Shown: piece after piece, positions 19,956 to 29,904 of the stretch
Layout: each line of letters starts with the position of its first letter
How positions within the stretch are numbered: position 1 is the first letter of the stretch
Origin: Sedimentisphaerales bacterium
GTDB lineage: Bacteria; Planctomycetota; Phycisphaerae; Sedimentisphaerales; SM23-30
Length of the DNA: 64,000 nucleotides
Assembly (NCBI GenBank): GCA_963666285.1
Contig: OY762711.1
Reading direction: 5' to 3' (one strand)
Program-made: the position numbers and the translations under genes
Notes under the pieces: model-generated
Databases searched by the model: none
What the model was told of the DNA's origin: nothing
Seen by the model: the letters and a program-made list of their open reading frames with translations, nothing else

Positions 19956-21254
19956 CTAGTGCTCAGCAACCAAATCAGAGTGAATATCCAATTTTTTCAT
20001 CAAAGGCTTCATAGTTGTACCCTGGACAATTAATGAAAACGCTACACAGGCAAAGCCGGCTAAAATCAATGCAGGTCTATATTCAACCAGCAGCAAACCC
20101 GAATCATTAGATGCAGATTGAGGCAGGTGTAATAATAATGCAATTGGAATAGACCCTCTCAGCCCGCCCCAAAATATTATATGTTTCCATTTATCCGGCC
20201 TAATAGTACCAACCTGATTGCTCATCCAATAAAAAACATAACTTACAACAGCTCGGGCAATGAGCATAGCAATGATGGCACCGGCTATTACAGTAAAAGT
20301 AGTAACCCCTTCCGGCAACCGTGAAGGTAACTCTTTGAGCTCAAGTCCGATGAGTATAAATAGCATTGAATTGAGCAGAAAATCTATTGATTCAAAGAAA
20401 GTTTCAACTGTACCGATAGTTTTCTCACTCATAGAAAACCGTTTACCATGATTACCAATCAGTATAGCTGCAGCTACTGTCGCGATAACACCTGAAAGAT
20501 GAAAACATTCAGCAATCCAGAAAGAGCCATAAGCAAGGGTAATACAGATAGCATTTTCAAGCAAATGATCTTCCAGTTTATGCAGAAACAGAAAAGCGAT
20601 AAATCCGCATATGAGACCAATGACTAAACCGCCACCAGATACTTTAACAAAATCAAGTAAGGCCTGAGTAACGCTTAAGTCGCTGCCGGTCATAAGAGCG
20701 GAAAAAATAATTCCGAAAACGACCACACCGGTAGCATCGTTAAAGAGCGACTCACCTTCGACCATGATTTTTAAATCTTCCGGGGCTCCAACCTCTTTAA
20801 ATAACGCCAAAACGCTTACCGGGTCAGTTGGCGAAATCAAAGCACCAAAAAGCATCGCAATCATACCTATTTCTATACCGGTAGCCCTGCCAAAAACCAT
20901 ACCGCAAATAACCGTAGAAACTATAACTCCGGGAATAGAAAAAGAAATAATCGGCCAGATATTTTTCAACAACCGGTTAAGTTCAACATGAAATGCACCC
21001 TGAAATAATAATGGCGGCAGAAAGACAAAGAAAATAAGTTCATGGCCAAAACCAAACTCTTCCGGTGAAGGGCCAATATGAAATATGCCAACAGCCAGCC
21101 CAACCAATGTTAAAAAAATGGTATATGGCAAATGAGTAATTCTCTTGGCAATGGTTCCAACCAAGCAAGCCAGAATCATAAGGCCAACATAGATGCCAAC
21201 GGTATGTTCTATACCGGAGGAATGAGTCGTAATTTCTTCAATAGGATTCTGCAT
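19956..21254 (-). CDS. CPA1 family Na+/H+ antiporter (NhaP-like)
   Basis: LPPLLF, SPTDPVSV, EGESLFND, GGLRG; multiple TM helices. Confidence 0.92.
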   Translation of the reverse strand: MQNPIEEITTHSSGIEHTVGIYVGLMILACLVGTIAKRITHLPYTIFLTLVGLAVGIFHIGPSPEEFGFGHELIFFVFLPPLLFQGAFHVELNRLLKNIWPIISFSIPGVIVSTVICGMVFGRATGIEIGMIAMLFGALISPTDPVSVLALFKEVGAPEDLKIMVEGESLFNDATGVVVFGIIFSALMTGSDLSVTQALLDFVKVSGGGLVIGLICGFIAFLFLHKLEDHLLENAICITLAYGSFWIAECFHLSGVIATVAAAILIGNHGKRFSMSEKTIGTVETFFESIDFLLNSMLFILIGLELKELPSRLPEGVTTFTVIAGAIIAMLIARAVVSYVFYWMSNQVGTIRPDKWKHIIFWGGLRGSIPIALLLHLPQSASNDSGLLLVEYRPALILAGFACVAFSLIVQGTTMKPLMKKLDIHSDLVAEH

Positions 21255-21259
21255 ATTAT

Positions 21260-21889
21260 TTATATCTTATTCAATTCTTCTGCAAGCTTAATTATTTGCT
21301 TGCCAATATACTTTTTCGTTTTGTTCTCAATCAGAGTCCAATATCTGATATTACTATTTTTCAAGATATTGACATCGTTGCGAGTTGAACCCATAGCTGA
21401 AGGTGAATTCAGGACGATAGCATCGAGGTTCTTTTCTACCAGCTTCCTGCGAGCGTTGGTTTTAGCATTTTTGTCCTGAACGGCAAAACCAATCAGCTTT
21501 TGATCTAATTTGGATTTACCAAGCTGAGCAAGTATATCAGTTGTACGTTTCATTTTAACATCAAAATCGCCCGGTGATTTAACAATCTTGTGCCTGGCCG
21601 GCTTCGCCGGAGTATAGTCAGCTACCGCAGCAGTCATAATAACACAATCGACAAGCTCGAAAACAGAAAATACTTCCCGAGCCATATCAGCTGCACTAAC
21701 CACAGGGATAAACTTAACACCATTTGGCTTAGCCAAATTGACCGGTCCGCTGATAAGAGTCACCTTGTGGCCCCTGTCAACAGCAGCGGCAGCACAAGCA
21801 AATCCCATCTGACCGGAAGAGCCATTAGTGAAGAATCTTACCGGATCGAGATATTCCCGAGTCGGGCCAGCTGTAATCAATATATGCAT
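21260..21889 (-). CDS. coaB: Phosphopantothenate--cysteine ligase (stand-alone CoaB domain)
   Basis: ITAGPTREYLDPVRF.TN.SSGQMG, AAVADY, GFA; no CoaC flavoprotein domain. Confidence 0.85.
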   Translation of the reverse strand: MHILITAGPTREYLDPVRFFTNGSSGQMGFACAAAAVDRGHKVTLISGPVNLAKPNGVKFIPVVSAADMAREVFSVFELVDCVIMTAAVADYTPAKPARHKIVKSPGDFDVKMKRTTDILAQLGKSKLDQKLIGFAVQDKNAKTNARRKLVEKNLDAIVLNSPSAMGSTRNDVNILKNSNIRYWTLIENKTKKYIGKQIIKLAEELNKI

Positions 21890-21919
21890 ATGCTAAATCC
21901 GGCCTTACGCAAATAGGAC

Positions 21920-22924
21920 TTATTTCCGGGCATCAATAATCTTTTTGGCAACAACCATAAGATCATCAAATAACGAAGGGGTCAATGCCTGAGGACCATC
22001 ACATTTAGCACGCTCAGGGCAACAATGAGTCTCAACTATGAAACCGTCTGCACCGGCAGCCAGACCGGCAAGAGCCAGGTCAATAACAAAGTCTTTATGA
22101 CCGGCGGCGTGAGAAGGATCGACAATTACAGGTAAATGAGTATATTTTTTGGCAACGACAATAGAACCGACATCAAGATTGAAACGCAATTCAGGTTCAA
22201 AGCCAATACTACCGCGTTCGCAAAGGATAACATCATGGTTACCTTCGCTTAAAATATATTCAGCACTCATTAACCAGTCTTTTACCGTACAGGATTGTCC
22301 CCGTTTAAGAAGAACAGGTTTGCGAATCTTGCCGACTTCACTAAGAAGAACAAAATTCTGCATATTACGTGCGCCAATCTGAACCATATCGGCATATTTA
22401 GCAACAAGTTCAACATTACGCGGGTCAGTAACTTCTGTAACTATTGGAAGCCCGTAAGTGTCGCCGCACTCGCGAAGAATCTTAAGCCCCTCTTCTCCAA
22501 GGCCCTGGAAACTATAAGGGCTGGTGCGAGGTTTGAATGCACCACCCCGTAAAATATTTGCACCAGAAGCTTTAACAGCCTTAGCTGTGGTATGACAATC
22601 TTCGGCAAGCTCAATTGCGCACGGACCTGAAATAAAAGCAAATTCCCCGGCACCAACTTTTACGCCGGAGACATCAACCTGAGTATCTTCTTTGTGAAGA
22701 TCGCGACTTGCCAACTTATAAGGCTTCATAACAGGCACGACACGTTCAACACCCTCAATACTACTCAGCAAATCAGGTAAAGTATCATTCTCTTCACCCA
22801 TTGCACCAATTATAGTGCGGAACTGGCCCTGGGAAATATGAGCTTTCAAGCCAAGGTCTTCGAGTCGTTTTACAACATGATCGACAGCATTCTGATCAAT
22901 GCCGGTTTTCAATACAATCAACAT
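21920..22924 (-). CDS. aroF: DAHP synthase (type I-beta, N-terminal regulatory domain)
   Basis: GPCAIE, RGGAFKPRTSPYSFQG, IGARNMQN, LCERG, DPSHA. Confidence 0.95.
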   Translation of the reverse strand: MLIVLKTGIDQNAVDHVVKRLEDLGLKAHISQGQFRTIIGAMGEENDTLPDLLSSIEGVERVVPVMKPYKLASRDLHKEDTQVDVSGVKVGAGEFAFISGPCAIELAEDCHTTAKAVKASGANILRGGAFKPRTSPYSFQGLGEEGLKILRECGDTYGLPIVTEVTDPRNVELVAKYADMVQIGARNMQNFVLLSEVGKIRKPVLLKRGQSCTVKDWLMSAEYILSEGNHDVILCERGSIGFEPELRFNLDVGSIVVAKKYTHLPVIVDPSHAAGHKDFVIDLALAGLAAGADGFIVETHCCPERAKCDGPQALTPSLFDDLMVVAKKIIDARK

Positions 22925-22967
22925 ATATTATTTTATCTCCGTTATTTTTATTTTAGCAAGCTATGAA

Positions 22968-24059
22968 TTATAATATCTCAGGTGAAACAGGGAAACTTCC
23001 CATAACTGAGAAATGGGTACATTGCCTTCCGGCATGTTCTATAGCTCTTTTAACATTTTCATCATCACGATGCCCGATAGCATCGGCAAAGAAATAGAAT
23101 TCCCTGGCATTTCTGCCAGGATTAGATTTCAAGTTTGTCAGATTTACTTCGTTATATCGGAACGCCTGCAGCACATCAACCAAGGCACCGGCCTTATCTT
23201 CAACGCTAAAGACCATAGCGGTTTTATCTTTACCGGAAGGTCTTGAAGGAGTTCGGCCAATAACAAAAAACCTTGTAACATTATTGGCATGATCCTCAAT
23301 ACATTCGCAGATCAACTTAAGACCGTATATTTCTGCAGCATGTTTGGAACCAATAGCCGCTGAACCCTCTTCGGTGGCAACACGCTGGGCAGCCGCTGCC
23401 GAAGAAGCAGCCTGAATAATATCGACCTCAGGCATGGTATTATTCAGCCAGATTCGACACTGATTAAAGACTTCCGGCTTGGAATAAATACGTTTAATCT
23501 GGTCCTGAGCGCAATTTGCCATTAAATTATGATGAATAGCAAGGTATAATTCAGCACAGATAGTTACGTCAGTATCTATAAGCATTTCCACGGTTTCAAT
23601 AATACTGCCGGCAACGGTGTTTTCGAAAGGAACAAGCCCGAAATCACAATGCCCACGAGATACCTCGTTAAAGACAGAAGCAATATTGGGTAAAGTTTCA
23701 TATTCAACACTTTCGCCAAATTTAAATACTGAAGCCTGGTGTGAATAGCTACCCTCCGGCCCCAGGCACCCTATGCGTAAAGGCCGTTCCAGGTAGAAAG
23801 AGCCACTCATCAACTCACGGTAGACAGCCATCAGGCATTTATCCGGGAGCGGCCCTTTATTGTTAGATAAAATCTTATCAATAACAGCTCTTTCTCTATC
23901 GGGAGCATAGATTGGCGGAGCTCCTTTTTCGGTTCTCTTATATTCACCAACTTCAACGACAACTTTTGCCCGTTCATTAAGAAGGTCAACAATCTGTTTG
24001 TCGAGGCTGTCGATTTTATCTCTCAGTATCTGTAGTTTATCCAAGGCATAACCTTTCAA
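22968..24059 (-). CDS. pheA: Chorismate mutase / prephenate dehydratase
   Basis: LRDKIDSLD..LLNER CM domain, LGPEGSYS, N.TRF, ACT domain GALVDVL..F. Confidence 0.93.
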   Translation of the reverse strand: MKGYALDKLQILRDKIDSLDKQIVDLLNERAKVVVEVGEYKRTEKGAPPIYAPDRERAVIDKILSNNKGPLPDKCLMAVYRELMSGSFYLERPLRIGCLGPEGSYSHQASVFKFGESVEYETLPNIASVFNEVSRGHCDFGLVPFENTVAGSIIETVEMLIDTDVTICAELYLAIHHNLMANCAQDQIKRIYSKPEVFNQCRIWLNNTMPEVDIIQAASSAAAAQRVATEEGSAAIGSKHAAEIYGLKLICECIEDHANNVTRFFVIGRTPSRPSGKDKTAMVFSVEDKAGALVDVLQAFRYNEVNLTNLKSNPGRNAREFYFFADAIGHRDDENVKRAIEHAGRQCTHFSVMGSFPVSPEIL

Positions 24060-24175
24060 AAATAGCGTACATATTTGTCAGAATACTGCTATAAACAAAT
24101 GTTAGTCCAAATCCAAAACCGCATTTTACGGTAAAACCGCATTATTTTCAATGTTAAATCCATAATAACAAGGAG

Positions 24176-25054
24176 TTAACCAATCTGATCCAAACTTACA
24201 CCAGCATGATAGCTACTGCGAACAAAAGGCCCGGCAGCGACATGTTTGAAGCCGATTTTTAAGGCATTTTCCTTAATTATCTCAAATTCATCAGGATGAT
24301 AGAATTTTTCCACTGGAATATTATCCTTACCCGGGCACAAATACTGTCCAATTGTCAGCATTTGAACCCCATTTTTGTATAAATCCAGTAAAACTTCGGC
24401 AATCTCATCGTCATTTTCGCCCAACCCTAACATTAAACCGCTTTTAGTAAGCCATTTTTTAAGGCTATGCTTACTCATATAATTCAAAACTGCCAGTGAA
24501 CAATTATAATCAGCCCTGCTTCTGATGAAAGGAGTAAGCCGCCTGGTAGTCTCTATATTATGGTTAAAAACATCAGGAGATGCTTGAGCCACAATGTCAA
24601 GAAGGGTAAATTTTCCGGAAAAATCAGGCGTTAGCACCTCCACCGTAGCATCAGGAACAGATTTTCTAAGCTCTTTTATTGTTTCGGCAAAGTGCTCAGC
24701 TCCCTGATCGGGAAGATCATCTCTTGTAACTGAAGTAACAACAACATGTTTCAACTTTAATTCAGCAGCAGCACTGGCAATCCTTTGCGGCTCATCAGCC
24801 TGTAATGGAGTAGGATCACTTTGATCAACGGCACAAAACCTGCAATTCCTGGTACAGGCCTTGCCCATAATCATAAACGTAGCGGTGCCACAACCAAAAC
24901 ATTCATTCTGATTTGGGCAGTGTGCACTTTGACAAACAGTTGCCAACTCGTACTTTTCGAGTAAAGCATTCACTTCATTGGAGCTACCAGGCGAACAAGA
25001 TATGTTTTTTTTCATCCATTCCGGCAGCCGTCTAATATTTTTTTTATTTTGCAT
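24176..25054 (-). CDS. lipA: Lipoyl synthase
   Basis: TVCQSAHCPNQNEC, CTRNCRFC radical SAM motif, VRSSYHA. Confidence 0.95.
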   Translation of the reverse strand: MQNKKNIRRLPEWMKKNISCSPGSSNEVNALLEKYELATVCQSAHCPNQNECFGCGTATFMIMGKACTRNCRFCAVDQSDPTPLQADEPQRIASAAAELKLKHVVVTSVTRDDLPDQGAEHFAETIKELRKSVPDATVEVLTPDFSGKFTLLDIVAQASPDVFNHNIETTRRLTPFIRSRADYNCSLAVLNYMSKHSLKKWLTKSGLMLGLGENDDEIAEVLLDLYKNGVQMLTIGQYLCPGKDNIPVEKFYHPDEFEIIKENALKIGFKHVAAGPFVRSSYHAGVSLDQIG

Positions 25055-25305
25055 GAAAAAATTATATCAGGAAGGTAAGCCGATTTCTATGACAGAATAT
25101 TAAACATCAATAAGCAAATCACAATAATAGAATTTTCATAAAGCGATATCAGGTAAGAAAATACGGTTATATATCCATCGAACAAATGTTTACCAAAATA
25201 AACATTCGTTAAAAACTGTATAAACGGAAAAGGTGCGAGAAACAGTACAGTGGATACGTAACACCTTAATTAACAGTCTGTTAGTGGTGTTTTATTTATT
25301 TTGCT

Positions 25306-25335
25306 TTGCATGGGGTATGATTCATTTGTTATAAT
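25306..25335 (+). promoter_or_regulatory. Sigma70-like promoter TTGCAT-18-TATAAT with extended -10
   Basis: TTGCAT 25306-11, TGtTATAAT 25327-35, upstream of the 88-aa gene. Confidence 0.5.
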
Positions 25336-25423
25336 AAAGTCATGATGATTACCTGATCGAAATCAGGGTGAGAGAAATAAGAGAATATTAAAAGACTATT
25401 TTATATGCCATAGGAGCAGTAGC

Positions 25424-25690
25424 ATGGACGAAGCAACTTTCCAGAAAAAACTTGGTGAACTTGTCAAGGAAATCGGTACACTTCCAGCTTCACAGAGAAA
25501 GAAGCTAGAATCGCTTGCAGAGGAAACAAAACAACGACATGCTCAGCTTAAAAAGAGCGTATCTTCATTACAGGATTCGTTAGATTATCTTAGACTGAGC
25601 ATCAAATATTTATTGTTTGATTTGGAAGCCACACGTCGCGAAAACAGCTATCTTCGCAAAATGCTTGAGGAAACGGATAATAATAAATAA
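25424..25690 (+). CDS. Small coiled-coil hypothetical protein (88 aa)
   Basis: AGGAG RBS; heptad leucine pattern LQDSLDYLRLSIKYLLFDLEATRREN; own promoter and terminator. Confidence 0.8.
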   Translation: MDEATFQKKLGELVKEIGTLPASQRKKLESLAEETKQRHAQLKKSVSSLQDSLDYLRLSIKYLLFDLEATRRENSYLRKMLEETDNNK

Positions 25691-25801
25691 ATCTTGAAGT
25701 ACTCAGCTACAGTTCGGTAGCTGCAATGGACATTAGCTGCTTTCAGGATGGAGCAGGAGCTGCCGGCTAATTGATGGATTCATTAAATGTCAATGCTGTA
25801 T

Positions 25802-25844
25802 AAACAGGCAACGCGTAGTCAGCGAGGTTGCCTGTTTTCTTTTT
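25802..25844 (+). terminator. Rho-independent terminator
   Basis: AAACAGGCAAC..GTTGCCTGTTT stem followed by a T-rich tract. Confidence 0.75.
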
Positions 25845-25979
25845 AAATCCTCGACTTGTTTAACATAAAGCCCCACCCTAGAGCCTGCCTGACATACAAG
25901 ATTCTACTAAAGCCTTTCAGACACAGCACTTAAAAATATTATTCTGCAAATATTGGATTTATCAATAACTAGCAAAACA

Positions 25980-26007
25980 TTAACAATGTCTTAATAATTT
26001 CCTAACA
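25980..26007 (+). promoter_or_regulatory. Pho box candidate upstream of phoB
   Basis: TTAACA-N5-TTAATA-N5-CTAACA at 11-bp period. Confidence 0.7.
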
Positions 26008-26106
26008 CAAGTGTATTAAATTAATTATAATTATTTTACACTAGACATTATATACAATAAGTAATTGTATGTAATTATAGCAGAACAAAAGACATAGGGA
26101 AATACT

Positions 26107-26805
26107 ATGGCTAAAGACCTGATACTTGTTGTTGACGATGAAGAAGATGTCCTTGAGTTGATATCTTACAATCTTCAAAAAGATAATTACAGACTGGAAA
26201 CAGCCCTGAGTGGTGAAGAAGCGATTGCCAAGGCAATATCACACCGTCCAAACCTGGTAGTTTTAGATCTCATGCTGCCAGGCATCGACGGCCTGGAAGT
26301 ATGTCGAAGACTAAAGACAGATGACAAAACCAAAGATATCCCAATAATCATGGCAACAGCCAAAAGTGAAGAGGCTGATATTGTAACCGGCCTTGAACTT
26401 GGTGCTGATGATTACGTAACAAAACCATTCAGTCCCAAAGTATTAATAGCAAGAATCCGTAGAAGTCTTAGCCGTCAAAAAACGAAAAATATTGTTTCTG
26501 AACATATGACCGTTCATAACATAGAAATCAATGCCCAAAAACATGAAGTTATTGCCGGAAATAAAAAAGCAGACTTAACATATACAGAATTCGGCATATT
26601 GTGCGCACTGGCAAAGAGGCCCGGAATTGTATTTACCAGATACCAACTAGTAGATGAAGTACATGGAAGCGATCATATGGTTACCGACCGGTCAATTGAT
26701 GTGCAGATTGTTTCATTACGCAAGAAACTTGGTAAAAGTGGAAAATTTATTGAGACCGTAAGAGGTGTTGGCTACAGAATGAAGGACACAACTTCAAATG
26801 GTTAA
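26107..26805 (+). CDS. phoB: OmpR/PhoB family response regulator
   Basis: VVDDE, LDLMLPG, GADDYVTKPF, TVRGVGY; upstream of the pst operon. Confidence 0.88.
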   Translation: MAKDLILVVDDEEDVLELISYNLQKDNYRLETALSGEEAIAKAISHRPNLVVLDLMLPGIDGLEVCRRLKTDDKTKDIPIIMATAKSEEADIVTGLELGADDYVTKPFSPKVLIARIRRSLSRQKTKNIVSEHMTVHNIEINAQKHEVIAGNKKADLTYTEFGILCALAKRPGIVFTRYQLVDEVHGSDHMVTDRSIDVQIVSLRKKLGKSGKFIETVRGVGYRMKDTTSNG

Positions 26806-28564
26806 AAAAAAGCTATTTCGCCAAATATACATTCCATCTGTTATATTAACAACCATAGTTTTATTTGCCCTGGCAAGTTACACTACAAATAAATTTCGCG
26901 AATTCTACTACGAACAAGTTAATCAAGAACTTGATTCACAAGGACAATTACTGGCATCTCACATTGCAACTTTTTTAACCAATAAACAATTTGTCGAATT
27001 AGATGCATTTTGTAAAAATCGCGGCACACTCATAAATACTCGCATAACAGTAATTCTTCAAGATGGAACAGTTGTAGCAGATTCTAACAATAATCCAAGG
27101 CAAATGAGTAACCATGGAGACAGAATCGAGATCCAGGAAGCTTTTGAGCAAGGTTTAGGCCAGATAATAAGACCAAGCGGCACCGAAAACGCAAAAACAT
27201 CATACTATGCCAGAAAGATCGAATACGGAGAAAATGAACATGCTGTAATACGCACCAGCCTACAAACACAATCGATAGAAAAAGTTTTTAACGAGATATA
27301 TGTAAAAATATTTCTCGGTGCTATATTGGCCCTTGTAACCTTAGGTTTACTTAGCATAGTAATTATTCGGAAGATAACACAACCAATCGGCGAAATAAGC
27401 TTAGTTGCCAAGGAATTCGCTAGCGGCAATCTGCAAAATAGAGCTCCTAACTGCGAAATTGACGAAATCAACGATTTGGCAATCATTATCAATGATATGG
27501 CAACACAGCTTGACAGCCGAATCAAAGCTATTACCCAGCAAAAAAATGAGACTGAAACTATTTTTACAAGCATGTCAGAAGGCCTGCTGGCAATAGACAG
27601 TGAACGTCATTTGATTAATATTAATAAGGCTGCTGCTGATATTTTTGGTATCGATGCAAACCAGGTATTAAAAAATGATATAGGAATAGTTATTCGTAAA
27701 ACTGAACTGGTCGATTTTGTTGAACAGACATTCAATAGCGATAAACACACAGAAACAGAAATTACAGTAACCAGCCAGCAAGATCATCACCTGCTCCTGC
27801 ACGGTGCAAAATTTAAGATCAGAGGTGATGAAAACGGTGTAATAATAGTAATAGCCGACATAACAAAACTTAAACGACTGGAAAATATTCGCAAAGAATT
27901 TGTCGCTAATGTTTCCCACGAGCTTAAGACCCCTATCACCGCAATAAGAGGCTTTGTCGAAACCCTGCAAGACGGTGCAATGTCAGATAGCGAACAGGCA
28001 GAGAAGTTTCTTGGAATAATATCACGGCAGACAGATAGAATGCATGCACTCATTGAAGATCTTTTAAGTCTTTCTCGACTTGAAGATAACAGTGTAACAA
28101 ATGCAATCACATTCAAACCAGAAAACATTCTAAGTATGCTTAACGAGATAGTCGAAACACAAAGCAGTATAGCGGAAAATAAAAGCATAACATTCAGTAT
28201 CAGCTGCGACGACAATTTCACAATAAAAGCCAATAAACCCCTTCTTATTCAGGCAATAACAAACCTGGTTGATAACGCAATTAAATACAGCCCGGAAGGC
28301 AGCACAATCGAGATAACAGCGAATGAATGTGCCGGCAACAAGAATATCAGTGTAAAAGATTGCGGCTGCGGCATACCAACAATTCATCATGACCGACTAT
28401 TTGAACGTTTTTATGTTGTAGACAAAAGTCGCAGCAGAAAACTTGGCGGAACAGGATTAGGTCTTGCGATTGTCAAACATATTGCCCGGGTACATAAAGG
28501 CACCGTGAAACTTGAAAGCATGCCTGGCAGCGGCAGCACTTTTTCTATAGTCCTGCCTGACTAA
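26798..28564 (+). CDS. phoR: Sensor histidine kinase PhoR (HAMP, PAS, HisKA, HATPase)
   Basis: FVANVSHELKTP, NLVDNAIKY, RFYVVDKSRSRKLGGTGLGLAIVKH. Confidence 0.9.
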   Translation: MVKKKLFRQIYIPSVILTTIVLFALASYTTNKFREFYYEQVNQELDSQGQLLASHIATFLTNKQFVELDAFCKNRGTLINTRITVILQDGTVVADSNNNPRQMSNHGDRIEIQEAFEQGLGQIIRPSGTENAKTSYYARKIEYGENEHAVIRTSLQTQSIEKVFNEIYVKIFLGAILALVTLGLLSIVIIRKITQPIGEISLVAKEFASGNLQNRAPNCEIDEINDLAIIINDMATQLDSRIKAITQQKNETETIFTSMSEGLLAIDSERHLININKAAADIFGIDANQVLKNDIGIVIRKTELVDFVEQTFNSDKHTETEITVTSQQDHHLLLHGAKFKIRGDENGVIIVIADITKLKRLENIRKEFVANVSHELKTPITAIRGFVETLQDGAMSDSEQAEKFLGIISRQTDRMHALIEDLLSLSRLEDNSVTNAITFKPENILSMLNEIVETQSSIAENKSITFSISCDDNFTIKANKPLLIQAITNLVDNAIKYSPEGSTIEITANECAGNKNISVKDCGCGIPTIHHDRLFERFYVVDKSRSRKLGGTGLGLAIVKHIARVHKGTVKLESMPGSGSTFSIVLPD

Positions 28565-28957
28565 TACATATCCCCTATAGTCATTTTTTTAATGGATACC
28601 GGCGTACATTAAAACATAGGTAATCCCCCTGAGTGTATGCCGATAAATTGCCATTACATACCATTGCATAACTTTAAATTCATAATCTCCAAATTCAAAT
28701 TAAATATATAACTAATCATTACTTAACATAATATTAATAATACTGCATATAATATAGTTAATAAAAATGTTGTAAAGAAAGTATGAAAATACAAAGCGAT
28801 ATTAAACATTAAAACTAAAAGATTAAGGTATATAAAAAATATTTCAGTAAACCATCTCATCATATTTGACGTAAGGCATTCTTTTACAGGAACTTATACA
28901 CATACAACCATCAATAACAATAAACAAACCCAGAATTAAATATAAAATAATCACAAC

Positions 28958-28985
28958 TTAACAATACGTTAACATTTTCTTAACA
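28958..28985 (+). promoter_or_regulatory. Pho box candidate upstream of pstS
   Basis: Three perfect TTAACA at 28958, 28969, 28980 (11-bp period); a further TTAACA/TTAATA pair at 28723-28739. Confidence 0.8.
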
Positions 28986-29047
28986 ATATGAAGTTAAACT
29001 TGTTCGCAAGTTATATAAAGTAATAAGATAACTTTAGGAGACAAAAA

Positions 29048-29866
29048 ATGAAAAAATTAATGAGTCTAATTATTGTGGCAACTTTGATATTTGCCGGTTT
29101 TGCACAAGCCGAATCACTGAAAATCGAAGGCTCAACTACTGTTGGCCCTATCGCTGATGCTTTTGCTGAATATTTCAAAAGCAACCTGGGTATCTCAGAT
29201 ATCACAGTGACAAAAAATGGTAGTGGAAACGGCGCAGCAGCAATAGCAGACGGACGTGCTGACATCGGCATAATGAGCCGTTTTATGAAAGACAAAGAAT
29301 TTGCAGCATGTGTAAGCAAAGGGGTTATGCCTGTTGCCCATGTAGTGGCAATGGATGGTGTCTGTGTAGCAGTACACCCTTCAAACCCTGTAAAAGCTTT
29401 GACTATCGAACAGGTACGTGATATCTATACCGGAAAAATAACAAACTGGAAAGATCTCGGCGGTCCTAATCTGGCTATCGTATGTATTACTCGTGATTCG
29501 GCTTCAGGCACATTTGAAACATTTGAAGGCCTGGTAATGAACAAGGAAAAAATGCATGACAAAACAGAAGAAGTAGCCAGTAACCCACAGATGCACAGCC
29601 GTATCAGTACAACAAAAGGTGCTATAGGATACCTTGGACTGGGTTTTGTTGATTACAAAGTCAGTGCATTGACAATAAATGGTATCAAACCAAGCCGTAA
29701 GACCATATCAAGCGGAGCATATCCTATTTCTCGACCTCTATTTATGTTCACAAACGGATATCCAAAACTTGGTTCAGCTGTTCACAAATTCATCAGTTTC
29801 CACCTAAGTGAAGAAGGTCAGGAAATTGTTGAAACCAAGGGCTTTGTACCCCTTACAGATTACTAA
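29048..29866 (+). CDS. pstS: Phosphate ABC transporter substrate-binding protein
   Basis: Signal peptide, GSTTV, GSGNG, R...SGT, YPISRPLF. Confidence 0.93.
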   Translation: MKKLMSLIIVATLIFAGFAQAESLKIEGSTTVGPIADAFAEYFKSNLGISDITVTKNGSGNGAAAIADGRADIGIMSRFMKDKEFAACVSKGVMPVAHVVAMDGVCVAVHPSNPVKALTIEQVRDIYTGKITNWKDLGGPNLAIVCITRDSASGTFETFEGLVMNKEKMHDKTEEVASNPQMHSRISTTKGAIGYLGLGFVDYKVSALTINGIKPSRKTISSGAYPISRPLFMFTNGYPKLGSAVHKFISFHLSEEGQEIVETKGFVPLTDY

Positions 29867-29904
29867 TAAACAATTTCAATAAATAACGTTTTGGAATATA
29901 ATAA

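Noticed and set aside
24115..24143. AAAACCGCATT direct repeat upstream of pheA
   Set aside because: Two 11-bp copies only, with no supporting context
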